The translations under genes were made by a program, and so were the position numbers. DNA of 64,000 bases from Eubacterium sp. CAG:38 (GTDB lineage Bacteria; Bacillota; Clostridia; Oscillospirales; Ruminococcaceae). Positions within the stretch are counted from its first letter, which is position 1; each line of letters starts with the position of its first letter. The notes under the pieces were generated by a model. It did no database searches. It worked only from the letters and a program-made list of their open reading frames with translations, and was not told the DNA's origin. Of this stretch, positions 56,548 to 64,000 are shown piece after piece. Where the stretch lies: NCBI GenBank assembly GCA_963660925.1, contig CAVKZS010000001.1, positions 30,046 through 94,045 of the forward strand, in the 5' to 3' direction.

Positions 56548-56653
56548 AACCCTCTCAGTCTCGCTCCGCTCGCCAGACTCCTCCCTCTGTCGCTGATGCG
56601 ACATCTCCCTCCGGCCGGAGGGAGTCTTTCCTCAAAGGGAGAGCCCTTGGCAG
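56548..56653. repeat. REP-like monomer carrying a nested 49-bp related unit
   Basis: Outer AACCCTCTCAGTC...CCAG|CTTTCC...GGGAGAGCCCTTGGCA is interrupted by 56577-56625. Confidence 0.7.
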
Positions 56654-56739
56654 GTCGGACAGGTTTCCGCGCCAGACATTCACAACTGCGCCCTGTCCTC
56701 GTTTTCAGACTTTTATTATAGCCATTGGATATGAACATT

Positions 56740-59028
56740 TCAACAACTTTCCAAGCGAAGGACGGCGGCGGTGATGTCGTCGGGGCGGCCGGTCTGTTCG
56801 GCACGGGTGCGGGCGGCTTCGACCAGCGTTTTCGCCAGCTTGTCGGGCGGGTCATCCGCCGCCGCACTCAGTTCAAGCTGTTGCAGTACCCAGCCGGTGC
56901 CATCCACCAAGAGGCCGTCTGACACCAGCACCGCGTAATCTCCCGCTGCCAGATGCACCATCCGGCTCTGGCCGGTGACACCGCCGAGGATCCCCATCGG
57001 CAGGCTGACGTCGCCCACAGCTCTTGCCCGGCCCCCGTGGACGAGAAAGCCCGGGGCCGCACCCGCCTTGAAGAGCCGGGCTGTGCCGGTGTAGAGATCC
57101 ACGCTGATGAGGTCCAGCGTTGCACCGCTCTCTTCGTCGCTCTTGAGGGCCAAGGCCACGTTGACCAGCCGCGCCGCCAGCTCTGCGGTGAACCCGGCCT
57201 TCAGCAGCCGGGCCGTCAGTTCGGCGGCAAGGTTGCCGTCCACGGCGGCGGGCCGGCCGGTCCCCATCCCGTCGCAGAGGATCATCTGAGCCGCCGCCGG
57301 GCTGCAGAACTGCTGGACCGCATCGCCCGAAATGCTCCCCCGCGCCGCCGCGCCCGCCGTGCCGAACACGACCCGCAGGGCAGGCTTTTCGCAGAAGAGC
57401 AGGGTCGTCATCCCCCGGCAGGAGAGCACCTGCGGCGTCTCCAAGGTACGGCGGCAGATCTGCCCCACCTCCTGCGCCAGTGCCGCCAGCTCTGGGGCAG
57501 AGAACCGGGTGCGCGGCAGGGTGACCGCCGCTTTCGTCCGGCCCAGATCGTCCAGCGTGACCGCACATTCCAGCGGCGGCGTCCCCAGCCCGGTAAAGAA
57601 TGCCGCTACCCGGTCGGATTTATAGGGTTCCGGGTTGCCCGGCCGCCCCAGCTGCTCGCTGAGGACGCCCAGTGCATCGGCCACCGCGCTGTATTGTTCG
57701 GTCAGGGCCGCGCGCATGGCCTCGGCGTGGATGTGTGCGGCTTTCCGGCTCCGGTACAGCGCAAACGACCGGTTGACCGCCGCGCAGAGAGCCGCCGGGT
57801 GGATGCACCGGGAGAGGGTGCCGGGCAGGTCGGCGGGGTGCAGAGGACCCTGCTGCTCGAGGATCGGCCGCAGGGCCTCCAGCCCGGCGCGGAGCGTTTC
57901 GTATTCCTGTTTCCAGCAGACCTCCTGCCGCCCGCAGTTGAAGCAGAGGGTGTCGTGGGTGTTGTCGATGACCCAGCGGAAATCCTCGCATTTCCGGGGC
58001 AAGGCGTCGTAGACGTCGTTGACCGTCTCGGCCAGCGAGGACAAGCTTTCGGCTACCGCTTCCAGCCGGGTCGCCGCCGCCGAGAGCCGGGGCCGCTGGG
58101 TCTGCGATTCCGCCGTGTCCTCCAGCGCAGCCGGGGCCAGCCAGCTGCCCGGCATCCAGACCACGGCCAGAATCCCCAGCCCCGCGCTGAGCAGAAAGCC
58201 AAATGCCGCCCCGATGGGCTGGACGCAGAACGCCCCGGTGATGCACCCGCCCGCGTAAGCGGCAAAGCTCTCAACTCTGCGGCCCGGCGTCAGAACAGCG
58301 GCCGCTGCCGTCCCGCAGGCAAGTCCGGTGGCGGCAATGGCCAAATCAGGGTCTGCCCCCGCAAGGGCGGCTCCCGTCACCGCGGCAAAGGCCAGAGCGT
58401 CCCGGCCCCGTCCGCGGCAGCAGAGAAGCAGTTCCGCGGCAGCACAGACGGCTACCCCGGGCGACAGCTTCCACAGCGAAACGCCGCCCAGTGCCGCCGC
58501 GCAGACCGCACAGACCAGCAGCGTCCCAAAGCCCGGCTTCTCGGGCGGAAACCGGCGCAGGCCCAGCCCAAGAGCACCAGCCAGCAATGCGTCTGCCCCG
58601 CAGAAGAGGGCGAGTTCCACCCCGCCTGCGCCGGAGAAACACAGCCCGCCCAGCACCAGCGTGCCGCAGCCGGCGATAAAGGCCGGAAGCGTCCGTTTGG
58701 GCCAGCACCACCGTGCGGCCACTGCCGCACCCACGGCGCAGATCAGGCAGATGCTCCGGAGCGAAAGCTCCCCGAAACTGTGGAGCAAAATCCCCAGCAC
58801 CGCACCGGCCGCACAGGGCGCAAAGCAGTCCTCCGCCAAGCCCAGTGTCAGCCCCAGCCCGAACGGGAGCAGTGCGCCGTAAAGGACCGCCCAGCCGCCC
58901 GCAAAGCCCACCGCCAGTGCACAACCCCGGCGCAGCAAGGGCCGGACAGCCGCCCGGCCGCTCAGAGCCGCCGCCATCGGGTGGGTTGGCCCGGAAGAAC
59001 GCAGATCGAGTCTCGACGATCCCAGCAT
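56740..59028 (-). CDS. spoIIE: SpoIIE-like membrane PP2C phosphatase
   Basis: Multi-TM N-terminus, CFNC...CW central region, PP2C motifs LCDGMGTG, ATLDL, VSDGL and DDITA. Confidence 0.85.
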   Translation of the reverse strand: MLGSSRLDLRSSGPTHPMAAALSGRAAVRPLLRRGCALAVGFAGGWAVLYGALLPFGLGLTLGLAEDCFAPCAAGAVLGILLHSFGELSLRSICLICAVGAAVAARWCWPKRTLPAFIAGCGTLVLGGLCFSGAGGVELALFCGADALLAGALGLGLRRFPPEKPGFGTLLVCAVCAAALGGVSLWKLSPGVAVCAAAELLLCCRGRGRDALAFAAVTGAALAGADPDLAIAATGLACGTAAAAVLTPGRRVESFAAYAGGCITGAFCVQPIGAAFGFLLSAGLGILAVVWMPGSWLAPAALEDTAESQTQRPRLSAAATRLEAVAESLSSLAETVNDVYDALPRKCEDFRWVIDNTHDTLCFNCGRQEVCWKQEYETLRAGLEALRPILEQQGPLHPADLPGTLSRCIHPAALCAAVNRSFALYRSRKAAHIHAEAMRAALTEQYSAVADALGVLSEQLGRPGNPEPYKSDRVAAFFTGLGTPPLECAVTLDDLGRTKAAVTLPRTRFSAPELAALAQEVGQICRRTLETPQVLSCRGMTTLLFCEKPALRVVFGTAGAAARGSISGDAVQQFCSPAAAQMILCDGMGTGRPAAVDGNLAAELTARLLKAGFTAELAARLVNVALALKSDEESGATLDLISVDLYTGTARLFKAGAAPGFLVHGGRARAVGDVSLPMGILGGVTGQSRMVHLAAGDYAVLVSDGLLVDGTGWVLQQLELSAAADDPPDKLAKTLVEAARTRAEQTGRPDDITAAVLRLESC

Positions 59029-59185
59029 GAAAAAATCCCCGCTTTCCGGCGGGGATCTTTTTGCGTGTTTGGTTCTGTTTCCCGCGCCTTTCGCATATAC
59101 TCTAGCGCAGACGCCGGGCGGTTTTTGGGTGGATCCGGACTTTTGCCAAAATCACACCGGAAACACGAATTTTCTTAGGTAATTT

Positions 59186-60655
59186 TTAGCCATTCAGCTT
59201 CTCAATGGCGGCCTTGACGCGGGCGAGGGTCTTTTCGCGGCCCATCATGCAGGCGAGGTCGGTGCCGCCGCCGGGGGTGCGCTGCTTGCCAGAGAGGGCG
59301 ATGCCCAGCGGGTAGAGCAGCCAGCCGTTCTTCTTGCCCAGTTCTTCGGCCTTGGCTTTGCAGGCGTCGAACACCGCGTCGCGGTTGGTGAAGTCCAGAG
59401 CCTCGTCGCTCAGGACGGGCAGCAGGGCTTCCAGAGCCTCTTTTGCGGTCTCGGGCGTGGTCTTCTGCTTCTTGTTGGCGTAGAGGCTCACGTCGTACTC
59501 GGGCATCTCGTCGAAGAAGTCCAGCTGTGCGGGGATCTCGCCCAGAACCTCGCAGCGGGGCTGCAGGTTGGCGCAGAGCAGCTTCTTGTCGATGGGGGTG
59601 TGCACGGCCTGATCGATCCACGGCTCGGCCTTCTTGAGGAAGTCCTCGGGCGACAGGCGGCGGATATACTCGGCGTTGATGGCCCGCAGCTTGAGCGGGT
59701 CGAAGATGGCCGGGGACTTGGAGATGCCGGACGGCTCCCAGATCTTGACCAGATCCGCGAGGGAGAAGATCTCCTGCTCGGCATACTCTCCCTTGGGGCT
59801 CCAACCCAGCAGGCAGATATAGTTCAGAATGGCCTCGGTCAGGTAGCCCTTTGCCACCAGATCCTGATAGCTTGCGTCGCCGTTGCGCTTGGACAGCTTG
59901 TTCTGCGCGTCCTTCATGACCGGCGGGCAGTGGATATAGACGGGGATCTCCCAGCCGAATGCCTGATACAGCAGGTTGTACTTGGGGGTCGAGGACAGAT
60001 ACTCGCTGCCGCGGATGACATGGGTGATGCCCATCAGGTGGTCGTCCACGACGTTGGCGAAGTTGTAGGTCGGCATTCCGTCGGTCTTGATGAGGATCTG
60101 GTCGTCCATCTCGCTGTTGTTGACCTCGATGTGGCCATACACCACGTCATCAAAGCCGGTCACGCCCTCGCGGGGGATCTTCTGGCGGATGACATAGGGC
60201 TCACCCGCGGCCAGACGCTTTTTGACCTCTTCCTCGGGCAGATCGCGGCAGCAGCCGTCGTAGTGGGTCATCTCACCGTTGGCACGCTGCTCGGCGTGCA
60301 GGGCTTCCAGACGCTCCTCGGTGCAGAAGCAGTAGTAAGCCTTGCCCTCGGCCACCAGCTGCTCGGCATACTGCTTGAACATTCCCATCCGCTCGCTCTG
60401 AACGTAGGGTCCCACCGGGCCGCCGATGTCCGGGCCTTCGTCCCAGAGCAGGCCGGTCTCCCGCAGGGTGTTGTAGATGACATCCACGGCACCCTCGACA
60501 TAGCGGCCCTGATCGGTGTCCTCGATGCGGAGGATGAAGGTGCCATCCTCGTGCTTGGCCATCAGGTAGGCGTACAGGGCCGTGCGCAGGTTGCCAACGT
60601 GCATATAGCCCGTGGGCGACGGCGCAAAACGGGTGCGGATCTTGTTGCTCGGCAT
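59186..60655 (-). CDS. gltX: Glutamate--tRNA ligase
   Basis: RFAPSPTGYMHVGN, RIEDTD, YYCFC and KLSKR motifs. Confidence 0.97.
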   Translation of the reverse strand: MPSNKIRTRFAPSPTGYMHVGNLRTALYAYLMAKHEDGTFILRIEDTDQGRYVEGAVDVIYNTLRETGLLWDEGPDIGGPVGPYVQSERMGMFKQYAEQLVAEGKAYYCFCTEERLEALHAEQRANGEMTHYDGCCRDLPEEEVKKRLAAGEPYVIRQKIPREGVTGFDDVVYGHIEVNNSEMDDQILIKTDGMPTYNFANVVDDHLMGITHVIRGSEYLSSTPKYNLLYQAFGWEIPVYIHCPPVMKDAQNKLSKRNGDASYQDLVAKGYLTEAILNYICLLGWSPKGEYAEQEIFSLADLVKIWEPSGISKSPAIFDPLKLRAINAEYIRRLSPEDFLKKAEPWIDQAVHTPIDKKLLCANLQPRCEVLGEIPAQLDFFDEMPEYDVSLYANKKQKTTPETAKEALEALLPVLSDEALDFTNRDAVFDACKAKAEELGKKNGWLLYPLGIALSGKQRTPGGGTDLACMMGREKTLARVKAAIEKLNG

Positions 60656-60774
60656 ATCAAAACGCTCCTTTGAATCTCTTCTATCGTCATAAGCAAAAAA
60701 TTGCGGATAGCTATGTTTAGTTTAGCGGTTTGCCGAGGGTTTGTCAACCGGGGCTTTTCGCCTTATTGCACAAA

Positions 60775-60805
60775 CACCCCCGGCATCGGAAAAGATACCG
60801 GGGGC
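60775..60805 (-). terminator. Hairpin downstream of the PTS gene
   Basis: CCCCCGG / CCGGGGG stem. Confidence 0.55.
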
Positions 60806-60832
60806 ATATGGTTTTCAAAACCCGTTTTCTTT

Positions 60833-62449
60833 TTATTCCTGCTCCACTGTGCTTTCTGCAGGTTCTTCCTTAAATGTAAAGAATGTAAACAGGAAAGAGA
60901 TCACCGCGCCGATCACAATGGCGATAACCATATTGATGAAGTTGGATTTATCCGCCGAAAGGTAACGCACAATGCCAAAAATCGTGCAGTTACCGGAGGG
61001 ATAGGCGACAACCTTCATCAATCCGGCATAACCTGCTGCAACAAAATTTCCCAGCATAACGCCAATCAGCGGCTTTTTAAAACGAAGGGAAATACCAAAC
61101 AGAGCCGGCTCCGATACGGCACCAAATACAGCTGTGGATGCTGCCGCAATCGCTTCGTTTTTCACGTCTTTAGAGGAACTTTTCAGTGCCACCGCCAGAC
61201 AGACTGCTCCCTGATTGATGTTATTCAGGATATTAGACGTAACACTGATCGGCTCATAACCCAACGTAACAAAACTCTGGATGCAGTAAGTCGCCATACC
61301 AGTGTGCATACCCGTCATAATCAGCAGCGGGAGCAGACCGGCAAACACAGCACAGCCCAAGAACCCAATCGTGTTATACAGCCACATGATACCAATTGCC
61401 AGATAATCGCCCAGAATCGAGCCAATGGGTCCAAGCACACACAGTGCGACTGGTACAGTGATCAGAAGTGTCACGAACGGTTCCAGCATAGAGCGCAGGG
61501 CTGCAGGACTGTATTTGGCAACGACCTTTTCCACCTTGCACATAAAATAGACACTCAGAAGAGCCGGGAACACTGTGGAAGCATAGCTGGCATCGTAGAT
61601 CGGCAGGCCAAAAATTGACAAACTCGTGCCTTCGCTGACAGCATTGATAAACGTGGGATGAATGAAAATCGCACCAACCAGAATGCCTAGCATCAGGTTT
61701 CCGCCAAATTTTTTCGACGCAGATGCGCCGACCATGACCGGCAGGAAGTAGAATGCTGCATCACCTACAAAAGTCAATACGGTGTAGGTCGGCATATCGC
61801 TGTTCAGCACACCAGCCATCGTCAACAGAAGCACAATCAGCTTGATCAAGCCGCCGCCGATTAACACCGGCATCAGAGGCACAAGACAGCCCGACAAGCC
61901 ATCTAAAACGGCCGCTGCACCGAACTTTTTCTTTTTTGTCGCATCCAAATTTTCATTCACCTGTTTTTGCTGTGCAAGGCCGGTCTTTTTACAAATCAAC
62001 TCATACGCATCTGCTACACTCTGTCCGATGATAATTTGCAGCTGATCGCCAGACCACTGTGCTCCAACAACGCCCTTGATTTTCTTGATCGCATCCACAT
62101 CCACCTTGCTCCGGTCATTGATGTTAAACCGAAGGCGTGTGACACAGTGTGTAAAGAAGCTGATATTTTCTTTTCCACCGACAAGTTCTAAAATCTTGTC
62201 CGCAAGCTCATCATAATTTTTTTCCATATCGTTCTCTTGTTCCTCCTGTCCGGTCAAGTGCAGGGCCAAGCGGCCGCGCTCCAATTCGGCGGCTTCAATG
62301 CCCTCGGTCTGCCGGACTGCCTCAAGGTCTACTGCACCGGCATCTTTCAGCATCACATACAAGATGTCTTTGCGCGGGATCGTCCGGCTGATGTTCTCCT
62401 GCCCTCCGATGTGCGGATAAACGCTTTGTAAGATGTCCTTGTCTGCCAT
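60833..62449 (-). CDS. BglF/ScrA-type PTS permease: degenerate EIIB + EIIB + EIIC, no EIIA
   Basis: GGKENISFFTHCVTRLRF, FYFLP, GMH and SEPALFG motifs; extra N-terminal IGGQENIS domain; AGGAGG SD. Confidence 0.88.
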   Translation of the reverse strand: MADKDILQSVYPHIGGQENISRTIPRKDILYVMLKDAGAVDLEAVRQTEGIEAAELERGRLALHLTGQEEQENDMEKNYDELADKILELVGGKENISFFTHCVTRLRFNINDRSKVDVDAIKKIKGVVGAQWSGDQLQIIIGQSVADAYELICKKTGLAQQKQVNENLDATKKKKFGAAAVLDGLSGCLVPLMPVLIGGGLIKLIVLLLTMAGVLNSDMPTYTVLTFVGDAAFYFLPVMVGASASKKFGGNLMLGILVGAIFIHPTFINAVSEGTSLSIFGLPIYDASYASTVFPALLSVYFMCKVEKVVAKYSPAALRSMLEPFVTLLITVPVALCVLGPIGSILGDYLAIGIMWLYNTIGFLGCAVFAGLLPLLIMTGMHTGMATYCIQSFVTLGYEPISVTSNILNNINQGAVCLAVALKSSSKDVKNEAIAAASTAVFGAVSEPALFGISLRFKKPLIGVMLGNFVAAGYAGLMKVVAYPSGNCTIFGIVRYLSADKSNFINMVIAIVIGAVISFLFTFFTFKEEPAESTVEQE

Positions 62450-62511
62450 TGCAGTTTCCTCCTGTGAATGTTCGGGTATATGTAATTCCTGTGCACAGAA
62501 TACATCAAAGT

Positions 62512-62617
62512 AAAAAATCCGGAGCGCACTCCGCCGCAGCAAAACCGCAGGGCATCGCGCCTTACCTGCTGCCGTGAAGTCCGCCCCGGATATCGCGCCC
62601 TTGCGGGCTGCCGCTCC
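62512..62617 (-). promoter_or_regulatory. RAT-like hairpin overlapping an intrinsic terminator upstream of the PTS gene
   Basis: GGAGCGGCAGCCCGCAAGGGCGCGATATCC overlaps the stem ATCCGGGGCGGACT / AGTGCGCTCCGGAT, which is followed by a T run. Confidence 0.6.
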
Positions 62618-62637
62618 AGAAAACGAGCTGTTTTATT

Positions 62638-63468
62638 TCATTCCTGTTCGCGCTCGTACACGCGCTGGATGTGCATGATGAGGTAAACCACCTCATCGTC
62701 GTTGCACTCCCAGCCATAGGTATTTTTCAAGTACCGCACCACCTTCTGAACGCAGACGTAGATCTCAGGATACTCCCGCATCAGGGTGCGGCGCAGCCCT
62801 TGGGACACATTGTCGGTCTGCACGCCGTTCTGCAGCCGCTGGATGAGATAGCGCAGATGGGTGGCAAAGCGGCTGTAATTGTAGCTGTCCTTGTCCAACC
62901 GGATGTGCAGGCTGCTCTCCACGATCTCATTGACCTTGGCGATCACCTGCATACTCAGCATCAGGCTGTGCATATCGCCGCTTTCCGCCTCCGCATTGAT
63001 GAAGTGCATCGCAATGTTGATGGCTTCGTTCTCCGGAAGATCCAGCCCGGCCTGCTCCCGCAGCATCTGCAGTGCGGTGTCGGCCATGGCGGTCTCCTTC
63101 GGGTAGAGGTGCCGGATATCGTAGGCAATGGGGGTGGTCAGGTCGATGCCCTTTTTCAGGCGTTCTGCCGCAAACTGCACATGATCCGCCAGCGTGAAGG
63201 GCAGGTTTGGGTTCAGCGGACATTCCAGCTCGATGCCGGCCTGATCCGCAATGTCGGCGCAGGCCATCACAATGGGCTGCGAAAGCTCTGCGATCATCCC
63301 GAGGTACTTCGGGTCCACATCGTAGAAGGTCCGCTCGATCTTGGAGAGATCGTCCAGCTCATAGGGCACCGGCGGGAAGCCCACGCCTTTACCCAGCACC
63401 ACGACCTCATGGCCGGTCTTGTCGAGTGCGAGGGCGGCACTGGTGTTGATTTTTTTGATGATCTGCAT
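62638..63468 (-). CDS. BglG/LicT-family PRD antiterminator
   Basis: CAT domain MQIIKKIN...VLGKGVGF; PRD histidines in LADH, AMHF, ATHL and IMHI. Confidence 0.93.
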   Translation of the reverse strand: MQIIKKINTSAALALDKTGHEVVVLGKGVGFPPVPYELDDLSKIERTFYDVDPKYLGMIAELSQPIVMACADIADQAGIELECPLNPNLPFTLADHVQFAAERLKKGIDLTTPIAYDIRHLYPKETAMADTALQMLREQAGLDLPENEAINIAMHFINAEAESGDMHSLMLSMQVIAKVNEIVESSLHIRLDKDSYNYSRFATHLRYLIQRLQNGVQTDNVSQGLRRTLMREYPEIYVCVQKVVRYLKNTYGWECNDDEVVYLIMHIQRVYEREQE

Positions 63469-63497
63469 TTCCAGTCCCCTCCTGACCTTTTCCGGCA

Positions 63498-63591
63498 TAA
63501 AAAAACAGGACGCGCATACACTTCACCCCTCAAATCCGGAAAACCCATTTTTAAGAAGTGAACAAGTTGCGCCTCCTGAGAGTATCGTCTT
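63498..63591 (-). promoter_or_regulatory. RAT-like sequence overlapping a terminator upstream of the antiterminator gene
   Basis: AGACGATACTCTCAGGAGGCGCAAC resembles the RAT core TACT...AGGC. CAGGAGGCGCA pairs with TGCGCGTCCTG, which is followed by T7. Confidence 0.65.
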
Positions 63592-63604
63592 GTTTCTGTT
63601 TAAG

Positions 63605-63633
63605 ATTCTAGCATAGAGATTTTCGCCCGTCAA
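63605..63633 (-). promoter_or_regulatory. SigA promoter of the BglG/PTS unit
   Basis: TTGACG-17 bp-TAGAAT on the minus strand. Confidence 0.75.
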
Positions 63634-63681
63634 TCCGCAGACCTGCCAAAAAATCTCCTCGGAATTTAGGCAACTTGTCTC

Positions 63682-64000
63682 TTACTTGTCCAGTCCGAAC
63701 AGGTGGAGCAGCTTCTGCCAGAAGGTCCGCTTGACGGCGGGAACTTCTTCTTGAACCGGCTCCTCGGCCTTTTCGACGGCGGCGGTCTTGATGACGAACT
63801 GCACCGAATCCACATTGGTATTCTTGTCGGACACGAAGGAATAGACCTCCTCGCCGCCGGTCAGGGAGTCCATAACGGTCTGGATCTGCTCGTCCACCTT
63901 GCCGTCGATGCCGTCGGTCTGCTGGGCGAAGGTCTGGGTACCGTCGGAGAGGGTCTTGGCACCGTCGGCCAGCTCGCCGGTCTTGCTGTTGAGCTGGCCG
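63682..64000 (-). CDS. C-terminal part of a heptad-repeat (xxxLxxG, YhgE/Pip-like) protein, truncated by the window edge
   Basis: Open frame ...TGELADGAKTLSDGTQTF...SFVSDKNTNVDSVQFVIKT...FWQKLLHLFG. Confidence 0.65.
   Translation of the reverse strand, partial: GQLNSKTGELADGAKTLSDGTQTFAQQTDGIDGKVDEQIQTVMDSLTGGEEVYSFVSDKNTNVDSVQFVIKTAAVEKAEEPVQEEVPAVKRTFWQKLLHLFGLDK

Noticed and set aside
56545..56604. N-terminal extension of the pectinesterase
   Set aside because: Translated repeat sequence, not a signal peptide.
1..64000. tRNA, rRNA, prophage or integrase
   Set aside because: No cloverleaf or T-loop signature, rRNA-like sequence, phage gene or recombinase was recognised.

Overview
A GC-rich, mostly core-genome window from an anaerobic Firmicute; gene content and repeat style suggest an Oscillospiraceae member such as Faecalibacterium (inference). 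About 55 CDSs are supported. These include rlmA, a DEAD-box helicase, rpe, ychF, mtnN, malQ, trmB, rny, an oppABCDF operon, tatB-tatA-tatC, glucokinase, yggS, spoIIE, gltX, two OmpR-family two-component systems and a BglG/PTS unit. I found no rRNA, tRNA, CRISPR array or transposase. The most unusual elements are: (1) an RnfD/E/A-like membrane trio that has lost its FMN and Fe-S ligand motifs, has no adjacent rnfC/G/B, and sits in an operon with a membrane-anchored DUF4015-like protein; (2) a TatA/B-type N-terminal helix fused to an apparently non-catalytic strictosidine-synthase-like propeller; (3) a LysR-tyrosine phosphatase fusion; (4) an HTH/HipS-like plus HipA-like kinase pair; (5) five copies of a REP-like palindrome, one containing a nested unit; (6) an orphan 118-nt rod-like hairpin; (7) a PTS permease with an extra Cys-less EIIB domain. 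All family assignments come from motif recognition by eye, not from database searches.
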